64,000 nt of DNA from an uncultured delta proteobacterium (GTDB lineage Bacteria > Desulfobacterota > Desulfuromonadia > Desulfuromonadales > BM103): positions 257,506-321,505 of the forward strand of contig CAVVMK010000003.1 in the NCBI GenBank assembly GCA_963749425.1, read 5' to 3'. The position numbers were made by a program, and so were the translations under genes. The notes beneath the pieces are model-generated. The model was not told the origin of the DNA. It searched no databases and saw only the letters and a program-made list of their open reading frames with translations. Shown here piece after piece: positions 1-7,710 of this stretch (the stretch's first letter is position 1; each line of letters starts with the position of its first letter).

Positions 1-211
<211 letters not shown>

Positions 212-218
212 CTATTGA

Positions 219-809
219 TTAATTTTTCTCGGGAGCCGGCGGGTCAACCGGGGCCTTGGCGACCATGACCAGTGCCGGGCGCAGCAGGCGGTCCTGCAGC
301 AGGTAGCCGCGCTGATATTCGCTGACCACTGTCCCGGGCGGTTGCCCGGTGGTTTCCACCTGGCCCATGGCCTGGTGAAGATTCGGATCGAAGGCGGCAC
401 CGATTGCCTCGATCGGCCGGGCGCCGAAGGTCTCCACGACCTTGCGGAACTGGTTGACGGTCATCGTGACCCCTTCCAGCAGCCCCTGTCCCTGGCCATT
501 CTGGCCGGCATGCTCGAGCGCCCGCTCGAGGTTGTCGAGGACCGGCAGCACCTCGAGGAGCAGTTCCTTGCGGGTGAAAACCCGGAACTCCTCCTTGTCG
601 CGCTGGGCCCGTTTGCGAAAGTTCTCCAGTTCGGCGCGCTCGCGCAGATACAGATCCCAGTTTTTGGCAGCTTCGGCCCGGGCGGTCTCCAGGGGGTCGG
701 CTTCGGGTAGCACGCTCGCTTCAGGCATCGTGGCAGTCATCTCGTCACCGGCAGTGTCCACCATCGCGGCATCCGGCTCTTTTTTACGGTGCTTGCTCAA
801 CAGATTCAC
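219..809 (-). CDS. grpE: Nucleotide exchange factor GrpE
   Basis: 196-aa ORF with GrpE-typical ELENFRKRAQRDKEE, VLPVLDNLERAL and GYLLQDRLLRPALV segments. It sits between hrcA and dnaK. Confidence 0.93.
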   Translation of the reverse strand: MNLLSKHRKKEPDAAMVDTAGDEMTATMPEASVLPEADPLETARAEAAKNWDLYLRERAELENFRKRAQRDKEEFRVFTRKELLLEVLPVLDNLERALEHAGQNGQGQGLLEGVTMTVNQFRKVVETFGARPIEAIGAAFDPNLHQAMGQVETTGQPPGTVVSEYQRGYLLQDRLLRPALVMVAKAPVDPPAPEKN

Positions 810-1852
810 TCCTCTTCCGGGTCAGCATCCAGCATGCGGCTGATCAACCCTGCGGTGTAATCGACGATCGGGATCAAGGTCGAATAGGGCATCCGGTTGG
901 GACCGATGACGCCCAGGGCCCCGAGCGCGCCGCGTCGGCCCGAGTAATTGGCGGTGATCAGGCTGCACCCGGCCAGATCGGGATATTCGGTCTCGCTGCC
1001 GATAATCACCTGCGCCCCCTTGGATTGCAGGCTGCGGTCGAGCAGGCCGAGCAGCAGGCTTTTCTGTTCGAAAGCCCGAAAGATCCGCTTCATCTGCTCC
1101 AGGTCGGAAAACTCGGGGTGATCGAGCAGGTGACTGGTCCCTTCGATAATCACTTCGCCTTCGGAGATCTCGCCGAGAGCTTCCTCCGAGAGACGGAAAG
1201 CCCGCTGCAACAGCCGGTCGTAGAGGACTTTTTCGTGAACCATGTCGGTCAGGATGCGGGCCTTGGCCTCGCGGATGCTGAGGCCGCCCATGGTCTGGTT
1301 CAGGTAGTTGGTGATCTGTTCGAGTTCGCCGGGAGCATACTCCTCGGCCGTTTCGATCAACCGGTTCTGGATCAGGCCGGACTGGGTGATGAACACCGCC
1401 AGCACCTGACGGGCGGAGAGCTTGACGAACTCGATGCGCCTGAAGACCGTGCTCTGCAGGCGTGGCACCATGACCAGCCCGGTATAGTGGGCCACCGAGG
1501 CGAGGGTGCGACTTGCTTCGCGGAGCAGTTGGGCCATCTGCAGCCCGCGCCGGTGGTATTGCTGCTCGATCTGATCCCGGCTGGCCCGGTCGAGGCTCCG
1601 CACCCTGAGCAGGCTGTCGACATAGTAGCGGTATGCCTTCTCGGTCGGCACCCGGCCGGCCGAGGTATGCGGCGAGCGCAGGTAGCCAAGCTCCTCGAGT
1701 TCGGCCATGACGTTGCGCACCGACGCCGGCGAGAGACTGATCGCCTGGATGCGGGTCAGCGTCCGCGAGCCGACGGGCTGGGCCGTGTCGATATGCTCCT
1801 CGATGATCGCCTCGAGGATCATCCGGCTGCGGTCACTGAGTGATTCCAGCAT
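806..1852 (-). CDS. hrcA: Heat-inducible transcription repressor HrcA
   Basis: 348-aa ORF with the N-terminal winged-helix LSDRSRMILEAIIEEHIDTAQPVGSRTL. It overlaps the grpE start by 4 nt, and a CIRCE operator lies just upstream. Confidence 0.93.
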   Translation of the reverse strand: MLESLSDRSRMILEAIIEEHIDTAQPVGSRTLTRIQAISLSPASVRNVMAELEELGYLRSPHTSAGRVPTEKAYRYYVDSLLRVRSLDRASRDQIEQQYHRRGLQMAQLLREASRTLASVAHYTGLVMVPRLQSTVFRRIEFVKLSARQVLAVFITQSGLIQNRLIETAEEYAPGELEQITNYLNQTMGGLSIREAKARILTDMVHEKVLYDRLLQRAFRLSEEALGEISEGEVIIEGTSHLLDHPEFSDLEQMKRIFRAFEQKSLLLGLLDRSLQSKGAQVIIGSETEYPDLAGCSLITANYSGRRGALGALGVIGPNRMPYSTLIPIVDYTAGLISRMLDADPEEE

Positions 1853-1918
1853 GGTGGGCTCCGTGCAAAAAACTTAAGCCGGGGAACCCGGCCCGATCAG
1901 TATCCAAGACACCTTGCT

Positions 1919-1945
1919 CTGGCACTCCACAGGACCGAGTGCTAA
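1919..1945 (-). promoter_or_regulatory. CIRCE operator (HrcA binding site)
   Basis: The plus strand reads CTGGCACTC-N9-GAGTGCTAA. On the minus strand this is TTAGCACTC-N9-GAGTGCCAG, against the consensus TTAGCACTC-N9-GAGTGCTAA. It lies 67 nt upstream of the hrcA ATG. Confidence 0.9.
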
Positions 1946-1954
1946 GGCATGGTC

Positions 1955-1983
1955 AACATAACAACGGCCCCTGCGGTTGTCAA
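1955..1983 (-). promoter_or_regulatory. Sigma70-type promoter of hrcA-grpE-dnaK
   Basis: The minus strand reads TTGACA (1978-1983), a 17-nt spacer, then TATGTT (1955-1960), immediately followed by CIRCE. Confidence 0.6.
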
Positions 1984-2036
1984 GGGTGGGACAGCAGGAA
2001 AAATCGCGGTTTTTGCAGGGGGTGCGGCGCCTCCAG

Positions 2037-3170
2037 TCAGGCGAGAAACTCCTGGATCAGCCGGTCGTACAGCAGCCAGCCCTGTACGCTCATCTGCCAG
2101 CGACCACCCGCTTCGACCAGCCAGGGCCGCAGCTTTGCCACCGCCTGCGGAAACAGCTCGGCAACCCCGCCGCCGAAGCGTTCGCGAAATTCGGCGTCGG
2201 CAACGCCCTCCCGGGTGCGCAGTCCAAGGTAGAGGGTCTCGCTCATGGCACCGGCCCGCTCGAACCCTTCGAGGCGCCGGGCCGGCTCCCGGCCGGCATG
2301 CAGATGGTCGGCAAATGCGGACAGGTCGGCCGGCACGGCCCAGCGCTCGCCCCAGCCCTCCTCCCGAAAGGAATGCGCACCGGCACCGACACCGAGACAG
2401 GGCCGGCGCCGCCAGTAACCGAGATTGTGCCGGCAGCTTCGGCCGGGGCGAGCATAGTTGGCGATTTCATAGTGATCGTAGCCGTTCGCGGCCAGGTGTT
2501 CGTCAATCAGCAGGAAAGCGTCGGCGTAGTAGTCCTCGTCGGGGAGGCGCAGTTCGCCCCTTTGCATTCTGGCATGGAACTCCGTTGCCGGTTCGGCGGT
2601 CAGGCCATAACAGGAGAGATGCTCCGGGTCGAGCAAAAGATAGTCCTCGAGTGCTTCGGCAAGGGCCTCGAGGGTTTGTCCGGGAAGCGCAAAGATCAGG
2701 TCGAGCGAGAGGTTGGCAAACCCTGCCTGGCGGGCCCGGCGCACGGCCTGCAACCCCTGCTTGCGGCTATGCAGCCGGCCAAGGGTGGCCAGTTGGGCAG
2801 GATCGAGGCTTTGCAGGCCGAGGGAGAGACGATTGACCCCGGCGGCCCGGTACCCGGCCAGGCTGGCCGCACTGACCGTACCGGGGTTGGCTTCCAAGGT
2901 GATCTCGGCGTCATCGGCCAGGCCGAACTCGCGGGCTGCGGTTTCGAGCAGGGCGCCAACCGCGCGGGGCGAGAGCAGCGACGGGGTGCCGCCGCCGAAA
3001 TAGACGGTGTCGACCGGCCCCTGCCAGCCTTGGTTGGCGGCCCAGACTAGGTGGCGCCGGAGCAGGGCGGGATAGCCGCGCAGTTGTGGAGCGTGCCCCT
3101 CGACCGAGAAGAAGTCGCAGTACGGGCACTTGCGCCGGCAGAACGGAATATGCAGGTACAGCCCGGCCAT
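2037..3170 (-). CDS. hemW: Radical SAM heme chaperone HemW / oxygen-independent coproporphyrinogen oxidase-like protein
   Basis: 377-aa ORF starting MAGLYLHIPFCRRKCPYCDF (CxxxCxxC radical-SAM cluster motif). Length and overall layout fit the HemN-like family. Confidence 0.85.
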   Translation of the reverse strand: MAGLYLHIPFCRRKCPYCDFFSVEGHAPQLRGYPALLRRHLVWAANQGWQGPVDTVYFGGGTPSLLSPRAVGALLETAAREFGLADDAEITLEANPGTVSAASLAGYRAAGVNRLSLGLQSLDPAQLATLGRLHSRKQGLQAVRRARQAGFANLSLDLIFALPGQTLEALAEALEDYLLLDPEHLSCYGLTAEPATEFHARMQRGELRLPDEDYYADAFLLIDEHLAANGYDHYEIANYARPGRSCRHNLGYWRRRPCLGVGAGAHSFREEGWGERWAVPADLSAFADHLHAGREPARRLEGFERAGAMSETLYLGLRTREGVADAEFRERFGGGVAELFPQAVAKLRPWLVEAGGRWQMSVQGWLLYDRLIQEFLA

Positions 3171-3327
3171 GATGGCGGAAGTCTCTCCTCTCGGGAAGGT
3201 CGGGGTCCGCCCCGCTCAGGGACCTGAGCGCAGCAAGACGATTGCCCGCGCCCGGCGGTCGGCCTATAATCGCCAAGATCGACGATCGGTCGAATGGTCG
3301 TTGTCCGCCATGATGAAGGGAGCCGCC

Positions 3328-4119
3328 ATGGATCGCAAGCTCGATGTCGCCGCCATCCAGTTCAACATCACCCTCGGCGAAATCGATCGCAACCTCGCCA
3401 AGGCCGAAGCCGCACTGCGCCGGGCCGCCGGACGCGGCGCCCGGCTGGTCGTGCTGCCGGAGATGTGGAGCGCCGGCTTTGCCTACAAGAAGTTGCAGGC
3501 CCTGGCCGAGGCGACCCCCCGCGTGCTTGACGTCGTCGCCGCGCTGAGCGCCGAGCTCGACCTGGTGATCGTCGGCAGCCTTCCCGAAGTGGCCGACGGC
3601 AAGGTGTGCAATACCGCCTACGTCACCGATCGCGGCGCCCTGGCCGGCAGCTACCGCAAGCTGCATCTCTTCTCGTTGATGAACGAAGACGAGCATATCG
3701 CGGCGGGCAGGCACAGCGCGGTGGTCGCCACCTCGGTCGGCCGGCTCGGCCTGGCGGTCTGCTATGATCTGCGCTTCCCCGAGTTGTTCCGCAAGCTGGC
3801 CCTCGATGGCGCCGAGATCATCTGCCTGCCGGGCGAATGGCCGACGCCGCGCCAGTTGCACTGGCGCACCCTGTTGCGCGCCCGTGCCATCGAGAACCAA
3901 TGCTTCGTGATTGCCGCCAACTGTTGCGGACGACAGGGCAAACTCGACTTTTTCGGCATGAGCCTGATCATCGCGCCGCGTGGCGAACTGCTGGCCGAGG
4001 CCGACGACTTCGCCACCGAACTGGTGGCCACCTGCGATTTCAAGGAGCTGGATGACTACCGCACCCAGATTACCTGCTTTGCCGACCGCCGCCCGGACGT
4101 TTACGGTGCGCTCCCCTGA
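3328..4119 (+). CDS. Carbon-nitrogen hydrolase (nitrilase superfamily) protein
   Basis: The catalytic triad context is visible: LPEMW (Glu), YRKLHLF (Lys), AVCYDLRFPE (Cys). The start was chosen at ATG 3328, preceded by GAAGGGA; ATG 3310 is also possible. The first 60 codons of the track ORF overlap hemW and were discarded. Confidence 0.85.
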   Translation: MDRKLDVAAIQFNITLGEIDRNLAKAEAALRRAAGRGARLVVLPEMWSAGFAYKKLQALAEATPRVLDVVAALSAELDLVIVGSLPEVADGKVCNTAYVTDRGALAGSYRKLHLFSLMNEDEHIAAGRHSAVVATSVGRLGLAVCYDLRFPELFRKLALDGAEIICLPGEWPTPRQLHWRTLLRARAIENQCFVIAANCCGRQGKLDFFGMSLIIAPRGELLAEADDFATELVATCDFKELDDYRTQITCFADRRPDVYGALP

Positions 4120-5128
4120 TCGGCTCGACGCCTTCGGGGCGAGATTCCGCGGCAGGCTGCGCACGCTGCTGGCCGGCCTGCTCATCACCTGCCTGTGCGG
4201 CGCGGCCACGGCCGAAGCCGAGTCCACCAGCTTTGCCGCCTGGAAGCGGCAGTTCGCCCAGAAGCTGCGCCAGGAAGGGTTCGCCGAGCCCGCCGTCACC
4301 CTGTTCCTGAACTCCGCCCGCTACCTGGAGGCCCCGGTCCGGGCCCAGCAGCGTCAGCCGGAGAAGATCGCCACCTTCAGTGCCTACCGGCGCAACCTGC
4401 TGACCGACGTTCGCATCGAGGAAGGGCAGGCGCTGCTGCGGGAGCGCCTGCCCTATTTCGAGCAGCTGGCGCGCACCTACAGCGTCGAACCGCAGCTGTT
4501 CGTGGCCTTGTGGGGGATCGAGAGTTCCTACGGCCGGATCATGGGCCGGCATCCCCTCATCGCCTCGCTGGCCACCCTCGCCTATGCCGGCAAGCGGCGG
4601 GAATTCTTCGAAAAGCAGCTGCTGGCGGCGATGCGGATCGCGGCCAGCGGCGAGGTGCCGGTCGAGCAGATGACCGGCTCCTGGGCGGGGGCGATGGGCC
4701 ATTACCAGTTCATCCCGACCACCTTCGAGCGCTTCGGCGTCGATGGCGACAGCGATGGTCGCCGCGACCTCTGGAACAGCTACGCGGACGCGGCGGCTTC
4801 GGCGGGCAACTATCTGCAGCAGATCGGCTGGCGGGCCGGTGATGCCCGCATCTTCCAGGTTGACGAGAAGCTGGCCAAACCGCTGCTGGCACGCGAAACC
4901 ACCGGCCGCTATCTCGGCGCCGCCCACTGGCGGCAGGCCGGTCTTCTCCCTGCGGGCGGCACCGAAGCGCCATTGCCTCTCAAGCTGGTGGCCCCCGACG
5001 AGGGCCGCTCCGGCTATTACCTGGTCGGCGAAGGGTTCGACAAGCTCAAGGAGTGGAACCGTTCGACCTACTTCGCCCTGGCGGTCCTGCTCCTCGCCCG
5101 GGAGCTCGACGCCGCCGCGCTTCGCTGA
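4106..5128 (+). CDS. Lytic murein transglycosylase (MltB family)
   Basis: Signal peptide LLAGLLITCLCGAATAEA, then WGIESSYG and GAMGHYQFIPTTF motifs typical of the MltB/Slt35 family. The start is uncertain (GTG 4106 or ATG 4052). Confidence 0.8.
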   Translation: MRSPDRLDAFGARFRGRLRTLLAGLLITCLCGAATAEAESTSFAAWKRQFAQKLRQEGFAEPAVTLFLNSARYLEAPVRAQQRQPEKIATFSAYRRNLLTDVRIEEGQALLRERLPYFEQLARTYSVEPQLFVALWGIESSYGRIMGRHPLIASLATLAYAGKRREFFEKQLLAAMRIAASGEVPVEQMTGSWAGAMGHYQFIPTTFERFGVDGDSDGRRDLWNSYADAAASAGNYLQQIGWRAGDARIFQVDEKLAKPLLARETTGRYLGAAHWRQAGLLPAGGTEAPLPLKLVAPDEGRSGYYLVGEGFDKLKEWNRSTYFALAVLLLARELDAAALR

Positions 5129-5167
5129 GCGCCCCCGGCCGCGGCAAGTCCGCTAACACCGCCCCGC

Positions 5168-5578
5168 TCACTCCGCCAGTCGTCGTGCCTTGTCCCGGTA
5201 CGGTGCGGGGATTTCGGCCAACGTCTCGGCAAACTGGATGGTCCCCTCCTCGTCGGCATAAACATACCGCAGTGTCGGCGCACCTGCCGCCCCCGACGGT
5301 GCCGCAGGCGGCAGCACACGGCGCTGCTCAATCAGCGTTTCGATGTTGCCGGCGGGCTCTTTGGCTTTGGCCGAGCCAGTTTTCGCCGGCGTTACTGTGG
5401 CAGGGACCGGCTCTCGCCCGAACAGCTCGACGACCCTGCTGCGCAGGTCCCGGTAAAAGGTCGCCACGGCGACATGGGCCGGGTGCCTGGCCGGCACCCG
5501 CAGCAGCAGCTGGTCGAGACCGGCCAGCAGCAGCAGGAAAACCAGGGTCCACAGCAGGATGGAAAGGAGTTTTTTCAT
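5168..5578 (-). CDS. Hypothetical membrane-anchored protein (C-terminal segment resembles DUF4124)
   Basis: 136-aa ORF with the N-terminal TM helix MKKLLSILLWTLVFLLLLAGL. The C-terminal LRYVYADEEGTIQFAETLAEIP resembles DUF4124. It starts 4 nt after the stop of the upstream CDF gene. Confidence 0.55.
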   Translation of the reverse strand: MKKLLSILLWTLVFLLLLAGLDQLLLRVPARHPAHVAVATFYRDLRSRVVELFGREPVPATVTPAKTGSAKAKEPAGNIETLIEQRRVLPPAAPSGAAGAPTLRYVYADEEGTIQFAETLAEIPAPYRDKARRLAE

Positions 5579-5582
5579 GGTC

Positions 5583-6560
5583 TCAGTGCGAATGGCCGTG
5601 GTCGTGGGAAGACGTCCCGCGGCGCGGTTTGTGGCTGAGCTGCTGGATCACCGGGCCGGTGCGGCAGTGTGAGCACTCGGGTTGCAAGGTGGTGTGGGTG
5701 ATGTGAAAGTCGTCCTCGAGCAGGTGTTCCAGTTCATCGATGATCTCCCCCTGGCGATGACGATGCTCGGCGTGCACGTCGATGTGCGCCGACAGCGCCG
5801 TGATATGCGAGCAGATCGACCAGACGTGCAGATGGTGGATGTCGTTGACTCCGTTCACGCTGCGGACCCGGGCAATCACCTGGTTGAGGTCGAGACGGGG
5901 CGGCACCCCCTCGAGCAGGATGTGGCCGGCCTCGCGCAGCAGACGCAGGGCTCCGAACCCGATGATCAGTACGATCGCTATCGAGATCACGGCATCGAGC
6001 ACGTACCAGCCGGTGAAGAGCATGATGATGCCGCCGACGATCACCCCCAGGGAAGCCACCGCATCGCCGAGTACGTGCAGGAACGCGCTGCGCACGTTGA
6101 GGTCTTCACCGGCATGGCGATGCAGGCGGGCGGCGGCGAGCAGGTTCATCACCAGGCCAACGGTCGCAATGACGAACATCTCCCGGCTTTTGATCGCCTC
6201 GGGATGGAGCAGCCGGCCCCAGGCCTCGTGCAGGATGCCGATCGCGATCAGCAGCAGGGTCAGGCCGTTGACCAGCGAGGCGAGGATCTCGGCGCGGTGC
6301 CAGCCGTAGGTACGACGGTCGGTGGCCGGGAAACGGGCCAGCCGGATCGCCGCCAGCGACAGGCCCAGGGCGAACAGGTCCATGAACACGTGGGCGGCAT
6401 CGGAGAGCAGGGCCAGGGAGTTGGTCCAGAACCCGCCGGCGACCTCGGCGACCAGCGTCACCGCGGTCAGGGCGATGGCCACGTGGAAGCCACGGCTCAG
6501 GCTCCGGTCGAGGGCCTGGGGCGATTCTTCGCGATGTGAGCAGGCAGGCATGTCTGTCAT
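5583..6560 (-). CDS. Cation diffusion facilitator family metal efflux transporter (CzcD/ZitB-like)
   Basis: 325-aa ORF with six predicted TM helices, the LLSDAAHVFMD and HVLGDAVAS metal-site motifs, and a His-rich C-terminus SSHDHGHSH. Confidence 0.88.
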   Translation of the reverse strand: MTDMPACSHREESPQALDRSLSRGFHVAIALTAVTLVAEVAGGFWTNSLALLSDAAHVFMDLFALGLSLAAIRLARFPATDRRTYGWHRAEILASLVNGLTLLLIAIGILHEAWGRLLHPEAIKSREMFVIATVGLVMNLLAAARLHRHAGEDLNVRSAFLHVLGDAVASLGVIVGGIIMLFTGWYVLDAVISIAIVLIIGFGALRLLREAGHILLEGVPPRLDLNQVIARVRSVNGVNDIHHLHVWSICSHITALSAHIDVHAEHRHRQGEIIDELEHLLEDDFHITHTTLQPECSHCRTGPVIQQLSHKPRRGTSSHDHGHSH

Positions 6561-6627
6561 GGTTGGCAGCCGGATTGAAGTCGTTACATTCTAGGCGCGC
6601 CGGGCGGGTAAAGCAACCCGGCAGAGC

Positions 6628-6656
6628 TTGGCAGGCATGGGGGGCTGTGCTATGGT
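6628..6656 (+). promoter_or_regulatory. Candidate sigma70 promoter of trxB
   Basis: TTGGCA (6628-6633), 17 nt, TATGGT (6651-6656). The -10 lies in the motif GGGGCTGTGCTATGGTG, which recurs at 11633-11649. Confidence 0.45.
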
Positions 6657-6685
6657 GCGCGCACTTTTGCCGAGAGGTTCCCAGC

Positions 6686-7615
6686 ATGCCCCATCCCGTT
6701 TACGACGTTCTGATCATCGGTGGCGGCCCCGCCGGGCTGACCGCCGGGCTGTATGCTTCCCGCGCCAGGCTCAAGACCCTGCTGGTCGAGAGGATGATTC
6801 TCGGCGGCCAGGTGATGACCACCACCAAGGTCGAGAACTACCCCGGCTTTCCCGGCGGCATCGACGGGCCCGACCTGATGGTGCGCTTCCAGGAGCACTG
6901 CCAGGAGTTCGGCCTGGAGACGCTCACCGGCGAGGTGACCGGGCTGGACGACCTGGGGACGGTCAAGGAGGTGACGGTTGACGACCGGGTGATCCGGACC
7001 CGCAGCGTGATCGTCACCACCGGCGCCGAGCCGAAGAAGCTCGGCATCCCCAACGAGACAGCCTTCACCGGGCGCGGCGTGTCCTACTGCGCCACCTGCG
7101 ACGGGGCGTTCTTCCGCAACGTGCCGGTGGCCGTTGCCGGCGGCGGCGATACTGCCGCGGAGGAGGCCCTCTTTCTCAGCCGCTTCGCCAGCAGGGTCTA
7201 TCTGGTGCACCGCCGCAACCAGCTGCGCGCCACCAAGGTGCTGCAGGACCGCATCCTCGCCCACGACAAGATCGAGCCGGTGTGGAACAGTGTGATCGGC
7301 GCCGTGGTCGGCGATCACACGGGGGTCACCGGAGTGGTGCTGACCGATCCGGACGGCGGCGCCTCCCGCCCCCTGGCAGTCGCCGGCCTGTTCGTGGCGA
7401 TCGGCGTGGTCCCCAAGGCCCACTTCCTCGCCGGAATTCTTGATCTCGACCCGGAAGGATACATCCTGACCGATGCCGAAGGCCGCACCTCGATGCCCGG
7501 GGTGTTCGCCGCCGGCGACGTGCGCAAGAAGATCCTCAAGCAGATTGCCACGGCGGTGGGCGACGGCGCGGTGGCCGCCATCGTCGCCGAGAAGTATCTG
7601 GACGAACTCGACTGA
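6686..7615 (+). CDS. trxB: Thioredoxin-disulfide reductase
   Basis: Starts MPHPVYDVLIIGGGPAGLTAG (FAD GxGxxG), has the redox-active SYCATCDG (CxxC), and a second dinucleotide motif VAGGGDTAAEEA. 309 aa. Confidence 0.93.
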   Translation: MPHPVYDVLIIGGGPAGLTAGLYASRARLKTLLVERMILGGQVMTTTKVENYPGFPGGIDGPDLMVRFQEHCQEFGLETLTGEVTGLDDLGTVKEVTVDDRVIRTRSVIVTTGAEPKKLGIPNETAFTGRGVSYCATCDGAFFRNVPVAVAGGGDTAAEEALFLSRFASRVYLVHRRNQLRATKVLQDRILAHDKIEPVWNSVIGAVVGDHTGVTGVVLTDPDGGASRPLAVAGLFVAIGVVPKAHFLAGILDLDPEGYILTDAEGRTSMPGVFAAGDVRKKILKQIATAVGDGAVAAIVAEKYLDELD

Positions 7616-7648
7616 GGGAAGCCCCGACTCACCCGCAGGAAGGAGCAA

Positions 7649-7686
7649 ACGGGGACAGATGTCAAATCTGTCCCCGTTATTTTTAA
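7649..7686. terminator. Rho-independent terminator (bidirectional position between trxB and the cytochrome gene)
   Basis: Perfect 12-bp stem ACGGGGACAGAT / ATCTGTCCCCGT with loop GTCAA, followed by TATTTTTAA. Confidence 0.8.
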
Positions 7687-7710
7687 GCTCCTGTTATGGA
7701 TATTGCGCGA

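Noticed and set aside
2911-4299. 462-aa minus-strand ORF spanning the hemW start and the nitrilase gene
   Set aside because: It overlaps two convincingly identified genes and is Ala/Arg/Gly-rich low complexity. It is a shadow ORF.
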